Assembly (NCBI GenBank): GCA_023382875.1
Contig: JAHDXH010000003.1
Location: 7,608-71,607 of the forward strand
DNA length: 64,000 bases
DNA from: Patescibacteria group bacterium
Lineage (GTDB): Bacteria; Patescibacteriota; Microgenomatia; UBA1400; PJMF01
Direction of reading: 5' to 3'
The stretch's first letter is position 1; each line of letters starts with the position of its first letter. The position numbers were made by a program, and so were the translations under genes. Below, piece by piece: positions 40,201 to 47,892 of the stretch. Under the pieces are notes generated by a model, which saw nothing but the letters and a program-made list of their open reading frames with translations, ran no database searches and had not been told where the DNA came from.

Positions 40201-43200
40201 CCACGATAACCTTTGCCGGTCATATTAATGGAGCCGCCACTTTGGACATCGAGGGTACCGGCAACTCTAAAGACAAGCAAACCACCAGAAGTGCCATTCC
40301 AATCATTAGCCGTTAATACGCCGCCTGATTGGACAGTGACGTTGTAATATTGAGGAACGCGTTGAACAACCACTTTTTGACCAGTTAAATTAAGATTAGA
40401 GCCGTAACCATAGCTATTGCTAATCGCAGTTTCAAAATAGAGGATTGAGCCAGAAACCAGGGAAACTTTTGCGAATTCGTAGTTTCCAGTATTGGCATAG
40501 GTGGTATTAGTGTCACCTTGAAGGTTGATCAGCATCACCTCATCACCAGCGACGATACCATTGGGGGTGGCAGAAGTAGTCACTGATGAAGAGTTGATAA
40601 CAGAAACAGAGTAAGTAACTGCATCAGCATAGCTTCTGCCCGTGGCTACGATGTCGGTGTTAAGATTCTTGCTGGTGGAAACAGTGATTGAGCCATCGTG
40701 TCCATCTCCGTTATCAATATATTTTTCGATAGTGACTGATCCGTCTAATCCGCCCGATTCAACAGTGCGATAGGTCTCGTTGTTGAAGCCAAATTCGTTT
40801 TGGACATCTTGGACAATGGTGAAGGGGGTATAAGAAGTCCAGTTACCCTGAACATCCATGTTATCAATCACTTTTTCGTTAACGTTTGTAACAATTGGTT
40901 TCCAAGCTTCCCAAGTGCCATCAGTGGAGTTGGCTGTATTTCCAGATCTAGTCATGATTTGGACTTCGCCGTGAGTGTTGAGATTCTCGCTCCACTCTAT
41001 TAAGTCAAAGGAAATTGTATTAGGTGTCTGAATTTCATCAGATGTGAAAATACCGTAGTCTTCGTAAAGACTTAGACTACCAGCTGTAAAAGTCGGATTT
41101 GTGGTGCCAATTGTTGTGATCGCATCAACTTTAATACGACCAGATCCACCTGCGCCACCGTGAGCAAAGCCACCCAGATCGGCATAAACACCTCCATATG
41201 ATGAGCCACCTGTGGTTCCACCAGATCCTCCAATTGCGCTTACACCACCTTGAAGATCAACAGTTTTTCCTTTCAAGTAAATTGTTCCACCAGCTCCACC
41301 TCCACCACCACCTGAAGAAATTGTTTCGCCTGTTGCACCAGATGCGCCACCTAAACCGACAGATGTGATAACTCCATTAGTTGAAGTAATTTTGTTAGCG
41401 CTGATAAAGACAATACCACCACCATCTCCACCAGTTCCACCCACTTTATCCCATGCGCCAGCATAACCAGCTCCACCACCACCACCTGCTGAGCCTAAAT
41501 AAAGTTTGCTTAAATTCGCATCTCCATATGTAGAGGTTCCTGATGCACCGGCGGTAGGACACCCAGTACCAGCTCTTGTTCCACCAGTGCCCGCAGTTCC
41601 ATATCCACCACCATCGCCTCCATTACAGGCAGCACCACCAGCACCACCTGCTTCTGTTTTAGCTGATGTGTGAAGTTCAGCTCCAGGTCCTGTTGTACTT
41701 TCACCTTGATAGGCAACAGTTGCATTTGTTGGGGCACCAATACCACCTCTATATCCAATGCCTGTTGCTGTAATTTGTCCACCAACCTTAACCAGAACTT
41801 CTCCTGATGCTCTAAAGGCAACTAAGCCAGTTTGATAACCAGCAGTGCCAATGGGAGTGGCTGGTATTGATAAAAAGTCATCCCAATCGCCAGCAGTTAT
41901 TATTCCGCCAAACTCAACTGTGACATCATTGTATTGAGGAATACGTTGGATAATGATGTCCTGACCAGATAAATTAGAGTTGCCACCTACGCCGTAGGTA
42001 GATTGAATACTGGAGGTAAAGGCAATGTTAAGTCCAGAAACGGAGCTAACAGTCAAAAATTCATATGTACCAACGTTGGCATAATTGCTTGCATCACCCT
42101 GCATATTAATTAAAATCACTTCGTCGCCAGCTACGATACCATGTGGAGCGTAGTCAGTTGAAACTGCATTAGTAGCAATACCAGTTACTTTATAAGCAAC
42201 ACCGTCAGCGAAGTTTCTTCCAGCTGCAATAATGTCTGAGTTTATATTTTTGGTAGCTGAAACAGTGGCATCTCCATCCGCACCAGTGCCGGTGTTAGTG
42301 GTTTTAGTGAGTTCTAATGCTGGAGTAGCTGAGGCAGTTGCATTGACAAATGCACCTTCTAAAAATTCTTGTCTGGTGTCTTCAACAACATCTGATGTAG
42401 GGTTAGCTCTACTGAACCAGTCATTAACAGAATCGTAGGTGTAAGTAGAAAGATTTGTATCAACGCCAGTTATTCCTTCAAATTCATCAGCGACACCATC
42501 TTGGAACAGTTCATAAAGCGAGCCATCTGATTGTTGTAGTCGCAAAGAGTTTAGGAAAATATTGGTTGTGTCGCCAAGAGAGATGTTCATTAATTCGTTA
42601 AGAGCAGCAATGATGGAGTTGGTAGTAAAACCAGCATGGAGTTGGGTGGTGCCGGTTTCAGATAGGGCAATTTGGCTGGTTAAGTGAGAATCTTTGAAAG
42701 TTAGGTCTGTACCGTCACCAGAGACATAGGTGTTGGTGTTGTAAAGGTAGATTTGACCACCTTCTAATTTGCCATCGCCAGCGGCATTGAGCGATGTACC
42801 TGTGGCAGCTGGATCTAAATAGTAGGCAGAGTTAGCTAAGTCAACGAAGCGTTGAGAGTGAACATAGCCATCATTATCAATGCGCATTCTAGTTAGACCA
42901 GATCTAGAAGCAGTGAAAATGTCTTGATTGCCTAACTCATTAATTTGAACCAAGGCTTGTCCGGTAACTGCGCCTTCAACGTCGAGTTTTGCTTCTGGAG
43001 TGTTGTCACCAATACCAGTGTTGCCGTTGGCATTAACTCTGAATAACTCGGTAAGACCTCCATTAGTGTTGATGGTGAAGTTTTCAATAGTGTCGTTGTT
43101 GTCGTCATCAAGGTCGATTTTTACATTGAGGTAGGAGTTGATGCCAATACCACTATTAATGAAGTCGATGTTGTTGTAAGGGTTGTAGGTCGTACCAAGT

Positions 43201-46200
43201 AGTTGAGTTAGGTAAACATCGCCATCATTTTCAATTTTGAATTTAGTGACGCCAGAAGCAGAAGCAGCAAAGATATCTTGATTTTCAGTTTGGTTAATAA
43301 TTACGGCAGCTTTGCCTCTAGTTTCTGATCCGGCTAGAGAGATTTTGGCTGAGTTGGTAGCAATGTTACCAAGGTTAATTTCATAGCTTGTTTGAGTAGG
43401 TGAAAGGGCACCGCTATTAAGCTGCCAATAGCTGGCGCCGCCTGTCATGCTGACCCAAGTTGTACCGTTATAGTAGTAAACGCCATCATTGGTAGTGTTG
43501 TAATAGAGAGCGCCATCGCCCATAGCAGTTGGATCGCCAGCGAAGTTGGCTAGTTGTAGTTGACCGCCTAGTTTTAATGATCCAGATAGAGTGGCGTTGC
43601 CACCATAATCAATAGCAAAGCGAGTAATACCAGATGATGATGCAGTGAAGATATCTTGATTTTCAGTTTGGTTAATGATGACAGCAGCTTTGCCGCGATC
43701 CAAAGCACCAGCTAAGGAAACTTTAGCTGAGGCGGTAGAAATACTACCAATATTGACGTCAGCGCCAGTTGAAAAAGGTGAAATGGTGCCATTATTGAGT
43801 TGCCAGTAAGCGTTACTAGCCAGACCAATATCGGTCCAGTTACCACCAGAGAATTTATATTGTAAAGTGCCAGCGTTGTCTCTGAAACCGTAGCCACCTG
43901 TGCCATCAGTGTCACCCCAATTAAGGTAGGAGTTGGCAGCTAAATTAATGTTACCATCAACTTCTAAGATCCCTTCCACAAATAAATCATTATCGTCATT
44001 GGTAATATCACCAGCGTTGGTGTTGGAAATTGAGTTGTAGTTGGCACCAGTCAAACCACCAATGTTGAAGACATTATTGTTGGCAAAATTGATTTGACCG
44101 CCAAAAGAATCAAATTGGAGGTCGCCAGAAACATTGCTGATGGTGTGACCAACCCCACCCACAGCAACGATGTTGCCACTTGAGTTGACTTGGAAAAGGT
44201 CGCCAGCTCCAACAGAGAGAAGGGAAGTTGGACTAGAATCGCCAATACCAACATTGCCGTTATTGGCAATGACAAATCTAGTTGTGCCAGAGGCAGAGGC
44301 AGTAAAGATGTCTTGATTTTCAGTTTGGTTAACGATCAATGCAGACATACCTCTGGTTAAGGAGCTAGCAATGGAAACTTTGGCAGAGCTGGTAGCAGTT
44401 GCACCAAAGTTGACGTCGGTGGTTAAGGAGAATGGACTAAGTACACCATCGTTCAACTGCCAGTAACCACCACTACCTCCTGAACTAAAATCAAGCCAAG
44501 AGCCGCTGCTGTTTTTGAATTGTAAAATACCGGCGTTGTCTCTAATACCATAACCTGATGAACCTAAAACTGTGCCCCAGTTAATATAGTTGCCAGTAGC
44601 CAAACCAATATCGCCGGTCACACCTAGGTTGCCATCATAATCAATGGTAAATTTGGTTGCACCAGAGGCAGAGGCAGTAAAGATGTCTTGATTTTCAGTT
44701 TGGTTAACGATCAAAGCAGACATACCACGATTTAAAGCACCGGAGATAGAAACTTTAGCTGAAGTGGTGGCAGTGTCACCGATGTTTAAACCTAGGCCAA
44801 GATAACTTGGGGAAAGCATACCATCGGTTAGTTGCCAAAAGTCACCGGCAGTGTTGGAACCCCAAATCAAGTTGCCAGAGCCATCATTCATTAAGACTGT
44901 GCCAGTGGCTCCTGCAGCATCTGGAAGGGTATAGATAATATCGGTACTAAGCAGGGATGGAGCTCTGAATCCAGTGTAGTTAGTTCCATTTGAAGCACTT
45001 TCTCTTAATCTTAAAGAGGCTTGATCGCCAACGATGATATTACTACTCGTGAGCAGTTCGCCGATATTTCCTGTTGATGCTAATGAGCCAACTGCAAAAG
45101 ATCCATCAACTCTAAGGTCATCACTGAACCTTAAATCGGCGGTGTCATCGTAGAAATATCTATTATTGGTACCAATATATAATCGGTCATTAATCTCAAT
45201 GCCAAGACCAGCGGTAGAGAATAAAACTGGATTATTGCCGTCTAAATCAATCGAAAGATCGGTGTTGATACCACCATTTCCACCCCCAAAAACTAAGAAA
45301 TCATCGGTTGAGTTAGAAATGTACTCAGAATTTGCTAGGGTAAGATTGCCATTGTTAGCGATAGTGAACTTAGCAACACCAGATGCTGAGGCAGCAAAGA
45401 TTGGTTGGTTTTCAGTTTGGTTGATGATAGCTGCAGCTTTACCTCTAGTTAATGAGCCTGCTAGAGAGACTTTGGCTGAATCAGTAGAAGTTCCGCCAAT
45501 ATTGACGTCAGCAGTAATATAACGAGGAGTTAGGGTGCCATTAAAGAATTCCCAGTAAGTGTTGCCAGCTACGCCAAAATCAGTCCAAGTGCCACTACTG
45601 TTTTTGAATTGGAGAGTACCAGCGTTGTCTCTAACGCCATAGCCAGAAGTTCCATCTACATCGCCCCAGTTAATATAACCACTAGCATCCAAACCAATAT
45701 TTCCGGCAACATCTAATCTGTGATCTGGAGTAGCATCACCCAGTCCTACAAATCCATTAGAACCTTCAATAAATAAGGCAGCTACATCAGTGTCACTTTC
45801 AACTCTAAAGTCAACGTTACCACCTTGTTCATTAAAAACAGCTGCACCAGTATTGCTGAGCCAAATACCGGCACTACTAGTGGAGTTACCACCGATGGCC
45901 AGATCATCACTCCAGTATTGGGTGGGGTGGATGAGGTTGCCTAGTTCTGACCAGAAGGCGTTGCCAGCACTGAAGTTGTAAACATTGTTAATAGCATCAA
46001 CAATTCCTTGTGGAAGGGATGGGTTTAATTGTGTGTCGACTAAACTTAGTGGCAAGTCTGTAACTCGAGCATCACTAAACAAAATGTCAGAGGTAGCCTC
46101 CAAGGACAAAGTACCACCAGAAATAGTAAAGGTTCCAGACACTGATTTTAAAGTTGGATTATTTTCACCAAGAGTAACATTGCCACCAGCGTCCATAACT

Positions 46201-47297
46201 AAAATAGTGTTAGCGGTAGCTGACTGGGTGGAATTGATCGGGAAGCCTTGGACAGTTTCTGAATTAACGGCAAAAGGAACAGTTCTGATTGGTTGGCGAG
46301 GAGTAAGAGTTTCACTATCAACGATCACTTCAAGCCACAAAGCTGAGTTCTCGGTGAAGACAGCATCATCAATCTCGATGCCACAGTCATCGCCAATGCC
46401 AACATTAAAGATACCATCTTGATCTGGAGTCACACTACAAGAGCCAGTTTGGTACTTACAATCAGTTGTCCCATCGCAAGAGCCTTCTGTGCCGCCAGTT
46501 AATTGGTCCCAAATTTTGAATTCCATTGGGGTAGGAATGGTAACAGGATTTTGAGCAGTGTCAGTCAAGCGACCTTGGAATGATAAAACGCGGTTAGCTC
46601 TAGTTGGAGTAGAGGGGTAAGCAAAAGAAACAGGTGTTTCTTTGACCAACTGGTTATAACCAAGAAAACCAAGTCCAATGAAGAACAAGATCATTAAACC
46701 AAGGTTTAAATATGGCAAAATTAAGTTGGTGGTAGAAGCAAAACTCTTTTTACTGTCGGGTTTTACTTGTGCTGCGAATTGACTGACTAACTTGGTGTCA
46801 GTAATTTTAGCGCTGCTATCTTGCTTATCTTGCTTGGCTAATTGGTCGATTTTGTTGGAATTTTTATTTTTGAAGATATTGAATAAGCCCCTTTTGGTTT
46901 CTTGAGCTTTGTTTGGGTCAACTTTGGTATTTAAAAGCGAATTAATACTGGTTTGATCCATCCAGGAGATATCTTGATCAATCAAACCTTGGTCTTCACA
47001 CCATAAAGCGAATTGAGTGATTGAGGCAATTTTTCTAGTGACGCTCGAATCTTTCAAACCCTTGCCATGTTGAGCTAAGACAAAATCTTTGAGTGATTGG
47101 CGAGTGAATAAATCTTCAAGTTCTTCAATTTCCATGAACTTGTAAAACTGACGAATGTCAGAACGGTAGTTTCTGATGGTAGCGCTAGAACAGTGCTGAC
47201 TGCTTAGGGCCGTCAAAAAATTAATCAAACTTGCTTCAATTTGAGGTGAAGTGAAGTTGCTTTCAACGCTGGTATTAATTTGACTTTGGGCAGTCAT
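31290..47297 (-). CDS. Giant 5335-aa membrane-anchored surface protein: N-terminal integrase SAM-like (core-binding) domain, TM helix, repetitive ectodomain, IMC/peptidase-G2-like domain
   Basis: Uninterrupted 16-kb ORF. 'SSATIRNYRSDIRQF...SSVTRKIASITQF..W' at the N-terminus; TM at ~aa 193-215; several repeat families; 'ADLAEWY...VALAGRVPVK...PGDFITSS..PGRAMKA' near the C-terminus. Confidence 0.88.
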   Translation of the reverse strand: MTAQSQINTSVESNFTSPQIEASLINFLTALSSQHCSSATIRNYRSDIRQFYKFMEIEELEDLFTRQSLKDFVLAQHGKGLKDSSVTRKIASITQFALWCEDQGLIDQDISWMDQTSINSLLNTKVDPNKAQETKRGLFNIFKNKNSNKIDQLAKQDKQDSSAKITDTKLVSQFAAQVKPDSKKSFASTTNLILPYLNLGLMILFFIGLGFLGYNQLVKETPVSFAYPSTPTRANRVLSFQGRLTDTAQNPVTIPTPMEFKIWDQLTGGTEGSCDGTTDCKYQTGSCSVTPDQDGIFNVGIGDDCGIEIDDAVFTENSALWLEVIVDSETLTPRQPIRTVPFAVNSETVQGFPINSTQSATANTILVMDAGGNVTLGENNPTLKSVSGTFTISGGTLSLEATSDILFSDARVTDLPLSLVDTQLNPSLPQGIVDAINNVYNFSAGNAFWSELGNLIHPTQYWSDDLAIGGNSTSSAGIWLSNTGAAVFNEQGGNVDFRVESDTDVAALFIEGSNGFVGLGDATPDHRLDVAGNIGLDASGYINWGDVDGTSGYGVRDNAGTLQFKNSSGTWTDFGVAGNTYWEFFNGTLTPRYITADVNIGGTSTDSAKVSLAGSLTRGKAAAIINQTENQPIFAASASGVAKFTIANNGNLTLANSEYISNSTDDFLVFGGGNGGINTDLSIDLDGNNPVLFSTAGLGIEINDRLYIGTNNRYFYDDTADLRFSDDLRVDGSFAVGSLASTGNIGELLTSSNIIVGDQASLRLRESASNGTNYTGFRAPSLLSTDIIYTLPDAAGATGTVLMNDGSGNLIWGSNTAGDFWQLTDGMLSPSYLGLGLNIGDTATTSAKVSISGALNRGMSALIVNQTENQDIFTASASGATKFTIDYDGNLGVTGDIGLATGNYINWGTVLGSSGYGIRDNAGILQFKNSSGSWLDFSSGGSGGYWQLNDGVLSPFSLTTDVNFGATATSSAKVSIASSLTRGMSALIVNQTENQDIFTASASGTTRFVIANNGNVGIGDSSPTSLLSVGAGDLFQVNSSGNIVAVGGVGHTISNVSGDLQFDSFGGQINFANNNVFNIGGLTGANYNSISNTNAGDITNDDNDLFVEGILEVDGNINLAANSYLNWGDTDGTGGYGFRDNAGTLQYKFSGGNWTDIGLASNAYWQLNNGTISPFSTGADVNIGSISTASAKVSLAGALDRGKAAVIINQTENQDIFTASSSGITRFAIDYGGNATLSGSLKLGGQLQLANFAGDPTAMGDGALYYNTTNDGVYYYNGTTWVSMTGGASYWQLNSGALSPTQTSYEINLGNIATNSAKISLAGSETRGKAAVIINQTENQDIFAASASGVTKFKIENDGDVYLTQLLGTTYNPYNNIDFINSGIGINSYLNVKIDLDDDNNDTIENFTINTNGGLTELFRVNANGNTGIGDNTPEAKLDVEGAVTGQALVQINELGNQDIFTASRSGLTRMRIDNDGYVHSQRFVDLANSAYYLDPAATGTSLNAAGDGKLEGGQIYLYNTNTYVSGDGTDLTFKDSHLTSQIALSETGTTQLHAGFTTNSIIAALNELMNISLGDTTNIFLNSLRLQQSDGSLYELFQDGVADEFEGITGVDTNLSTYTYDSVNDWFSRANPTSDVVEDTRQEFLEGAFVNATASATPALELTKTTNTGTGADGDATVSATKNINSDIIAAGRNFADGVAYKVTGIATNAVSTDYAPHGIVAGDEVILINMQGDASNYANVGTYEFLTVSSVSGLNIAFTSSIQSTYGVGGNSNLSGQDIIIQRIPQYNDVTVEFGGIITAGDWDDFLSIPATPIGTAGYQTGLVAFRASGEVLVKVGGQITATGIGYRGGIGAPTNATVAYQGESTTGPGAELHTSAKTEAGGAGGAACNGGDGGGYGTAGTGGTRAGTGCPTAGASGTSTYGDANLSKLYLGSAGGGGGAGYAGAWDKVGGTGGDGGGIVFISANKITSTNGVITSVGLGGASGATGETISSGGGGGGAGGTIYLKGKTVDLQGGVSAIGGSGGTTGGSSYGGVYADLGGFAHGGAGGSGRIKVDAITTIGTTNPTFTAGSLSLYEDYGIFTSDEIQTPNTISFDLIEWSENLNTHGEVQIMTRSGNTANSTDGTWEAWKPIVTNVNEKVIDNMDVQGNWTSYTPFTIVQDVQNEFGFNNETYRTVESGGLDGSVTIEKYIDNGDGHDGSITVSTSKNLNTDIVATGRSYADAVTYSVSVINSSSVTTSATPNGIVAGDEVMLINLQGDTNTTYANTGNYEFAKVSLVSGSILYFETAISNSYGYGSNLNLTGQKVVVQRVPQYYNVTVQSGGVLTANDWNGTSGGLLVFRVAGTLDVQSGGSINMTGKGYRGGAGSASNAVLSYRGESTGGVNDTQTATPTTEGGGGGTLICQGGGGGGYGANGISGNRSGSSCSNYANLGSSYGDANLAKLNLGSGGGGGGGGYGGAWNILGGTGGDGGGIVYISANTITSSAGSVVNNGTDGGAGGAGDTIPAGGGGGGAGGAIYLAGNVVNVSGTITASGGSGGVTNVGSYGSPYTELNGGRSNGGNGGVGRIRVDANRVAGSTTPTYTNGTSLNNYHPFGVFTSSELQATSAAVLDMVSWTESLGNVGEIQVQTRTGNSTDATDGTWEAWKPVVNGTNEVTLDTMNTHTSWTGTNTTVAEGDTTRNIDNYEDEDEATAGNIAKFSTSTEGGYAERDLGAGNEVNLTSYDYISFWVRSDVTSDKLTFSFGEATGDEQSEVVTIDQVNVWQKIYWDISDIAAASRDNVRYLRVTNNDIPAVVYYLDNIKGGRYITSDAGYQIPSTVNNYIQYRVILSTTNVTAAPTLENLTLNYRSSTAHTMVLEGDATRNIDFFEDEDESTVGNITKVSFTAQNGYVQRDLGLGNEVDLSNYDYISFWMKNSESGKKWTISMGENSYVELNQTLDAPANTWQKFYWDLTDISTASRNAIRYFRLTQVDSGSTTVYLDDLAANRYESSPTNGTISSTAANYIQYRVILSTTTNTVTPTVTSVTINYTDQLGHTDNTQSAFDTGSTKFQSESTVGNTIQTSKNRPFVGLGEDGSITVSTSKNINTDAIASGRAYADGASYSISSLNTNVATTSAVPNGIKNGDEVMLINLQGDATNYSNVGTYEFLTVESVNSTRIKFTTNITGTYGVGGNANLTGQKIIVQRVPHYNNVTISYGGTLTANDWNGTSGGLLVFRASGTVNVQGGGYINMNDKGYRGGAGYNVAGEPAFRGESTSLLNDTRTPTPTVQGGGGGGAAGCQGGGGGAYGSTGAVGQRSGANCGNGANNTTAYGDANLGKLHMGSGGGGGGVGYNGAWGILGGTGGDGGGIVYISANTISVEDGVSLDGTLSSNGGGGGAGGTGDTIPAGGGGGGAGGTIYLKADVVSIPVNTTAAAGAGGVTNVGTYGAGWTDLNGGLASGGNGSVGRIKIDANSITGTTSPTYVAGSNSGYYYPYSVFTSNEINTAGASAYDSLTWLANLGTGGMVQFMTRSGSTPDSTDGTWQEWRPLYASNEAVLQTSNTHGDWVGYTPLSKIDDTRAEFDATSVDKFRVSSDTTPSLKLDRYIDDGDGSDGAITLSGSKNINVETIATGRVTYADGIAYKVDASTITGSTLTTTNTPNGIVAGDEVLLINMQGAAGDYADVGNYEFLEVASVVGSALTFKSAVVNSYDGTTPANQKVIIQRIPQYTNVTIQSGGTLTASGWDGLTTTPSGSSGYFTGIVAFRATGTVDVQLNGQINVNYLGYRGGAGYNVAAQPAFRAESTAQLNDTRTATPATEGGGGGGGGYCQGGGGGAYGTAGAVGQRSGTSCANNANNPSAYGDANLNKINLGSGGGGGGVGYNGAWTVLGGAGGNGGGIVFISANAVEVDTHPVSTHGKILANGNGGGAGGTGDTIPAGGGGGGAGGAIYIQANYTDLSGDVTASGGTGGQTNSGSYGAPWTDNGTYSHGGNGGSGRVRVDTNELTTGTATTPTYTAGITNRPLHRYGIYTSDELSTNSAADFKDIEWFENINTSYSDVQVQTRSGNTADSTTGTWEAWRPVTGGVNTVSIENMNTHTNWTGTNVTVADGDVTRNNNFYEDEDEATAGNATKFTSSTVNGYAARDLGAGNEVNLSNYNYVSFWIRADRDNTTFKLGMGEAAATEQEETVIIDAADTWQKVYWDLSDMTAAARDSIRYLRITYLDDTTGSVNFYLDNITGAEVLTEPTGSDITSSAGNYVQYRLIFSTTDTTSTLAAPAVYSVKVNYVTPSAVFYSQEGDVTRNVDGYEDEDEPTATNVTRVVASSTESDGNFVEAIIPSTDLTNYDYLSFWIRTSASATEIPMRIGFGELESDEQQMDFVVETPFQWQKVFFDISDIPAANKNAVTKLRVTNLAPYINDIYIDDFTANRYITNSGYQPNTTANNYVQYRAILTSTDTSSFPSISQVSIAYSGESNVVSEDFEANVLPRRANLISWADLGTGSIDYWASRDNGVTWTPVTMTQQATESGDLKIFSGFADLTSQPEGTTMRWKARINGNAILKSMAMRWESGGGADLAEWYPTTDKTISAAEVVSADTTSTQSGYIVRTAKAYDPAVIGVISTAPGLQIGEKAENTKRVALAGRVPVKIASDSAAILPGDFITSSNVPGRAMKAQKTGYTIGKAVEAWTPGSGKDWVMMFVNLGTYLDGKDIGGVDNASLEEIFGEETQQAINVVNASGSSEIANSPESTISGQINEATNSGEIASNSAQLNPNTATASATLVKESLTSRLKKLADERLDAFLGWTKTEATISGEVLEGTTTNSNFDSITKYQSDLFEAKNKFVTYGETVKNTVGATTINAYGSLNAAGATIYGKLIAGSVEVYGKFTAVSGQFLDLFSNIVRTNNLQTNMISPIADDGSIHVRLGENKDASSSAKPALVIENSAGSSVTSIDKDGNIITLGTIISKENKTSTVTAEVIYTKDASISGDLDASSARIQELEARIAQVEQIKAETAEIVNATVSGTLFAENIDRFSEKVAAAIEEPSLLAKLSGSANQNTVESVESYFASRSAFLADIDTSSPSRLALSDLTLDEDALVIDADAIYVDQYLDVNGSAFVAEKLGIGQSLVLSDSMFVTAGSIDFAPTGVEKPVLALQPSGKGVLSLMGNLFTLDDTGLAQLTGNLEVSGDVKVGGTLLANLMKLNDYNNPFQVQLATKSGDVLGETVQESRFEIVNELGVPVATISAQGKAEFASGLGIGSEELQVASDSGTIESEKTSGTATIKANSNEIVIKSKIVTGKSLIYLTPLGSTNNQVLYVKEIATDNPETPEVESSFKVGFDYPVNNDLKFNWWIVN
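35110..42290 (-). repeat. Four ~450-470-aa Gly-rich modules inside the giant gene
   Basis: Copies at about 40895-42290, 39347-40710, 36706-38082 and 35110-36533, each with 'GDEV.LIN.QG', 'QR.P.Y', 'GYRGG', 'YGDANL.K' and 'ST.GTW..W.P'. Confidence 0.85.
44287..44726. repeat. Near-identical 65-bp DNA duplication in the NQTENQ repeat region
   Basis: 44287-44351 and 44662-44726 differ at one base (53 identical, 1 mismatch, 11 identical). Confidence 0.85.
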
Positions 47298-47354
47298 TTT
47301 TTTTGTGAAAAAAACTGTGATTTTTGCAGTGCCGTATGGGGCTTAGTTTTTTTC

Positions 47355-47403
47355 TTAGCTGGTGCTGTCTAACCAGATTGGTTAGACACTTTTTTGCAGC
47401 TAA
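47355..47403. promoter_or_regulatory. Palindrome upstream of the giant gene (candidate operator or leader hairpin)
   Basis: TGTCTAACCA-GAT-TGGTTAGACA (47366-47388) nested inside TTAGCTG...CAGCTAA. Confidence 0.55.
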
Positions 47404-47892
47404 ATTAATCTTAGCCTCTCTTGAGGTGGTGGGTCAATGGATCATTTGCGAACATAAGGAGAAATTAATCCGGAAAAAATGATGCAAAAATTAAGTTATC
47501 AACAATGCTGGAATTTCTTTTTTTTAGATCAAAAAAACTAGTAGTCAAAAAAGACTGAAGTAGGTCGACTATTTATCTTTGGCTTTGTGGGAGCTTTCAA
47601 AAAAAATAAAAGCAAGTCACTAATTATCAACGGCATTTCCTAGTGTGAATGTGTTTAAAAAAGTGGTAGTTTGTGAAGTGATAAAAAACAAAACTAGAGT
47701 GAATAAGTGAAAACCAGATGTATATATTTTTGTTATTAACAAATTGAATAGCGAAAAACATTAATTAGATACTTTTGGGTCACCTGTTTGTGAATAACTT
47801 TATTAAAGTGTGGGGATTAAGGTATATATATTATTTGCAATCTGTGCAATTTTCGGTTAATTTAGTCAATAAACTATAGGTATTTTTGGTAA

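Noticed and set aside
35110-44726. Diversity-generating retroelement (TR/VR pair) in the giant gene repeats
   Set aside because: No reverse transcriptase in the window, and the repeats are in-frame protein repeats without evident adenine-specific mismatches.
31834-46422. Many 60-170-aa ORFs overlapping the giant gene
   Set aside because: These are shadow ORFs in alternative frames or on the opposite strand of a Gly/Thr/Ala-rich gene, with no recognisable motifs.
46970-47297. Integrase marking a prophage or genomic island
   Set aside because: Only the N-terminal binding domain is present, fused in frame to a membrane protein. I saw no catalytic domain, att-type repeats, tRNA target or phage structural genes.
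47461-47830. Replication origin (DnaA-box-like TTATCAACA at 47496, TGTGAATAA at 47789)
   Set aside because: Only one or two good boxes, no dnaA/dnaN nearby, and strand skew cannot be assessed by eye.
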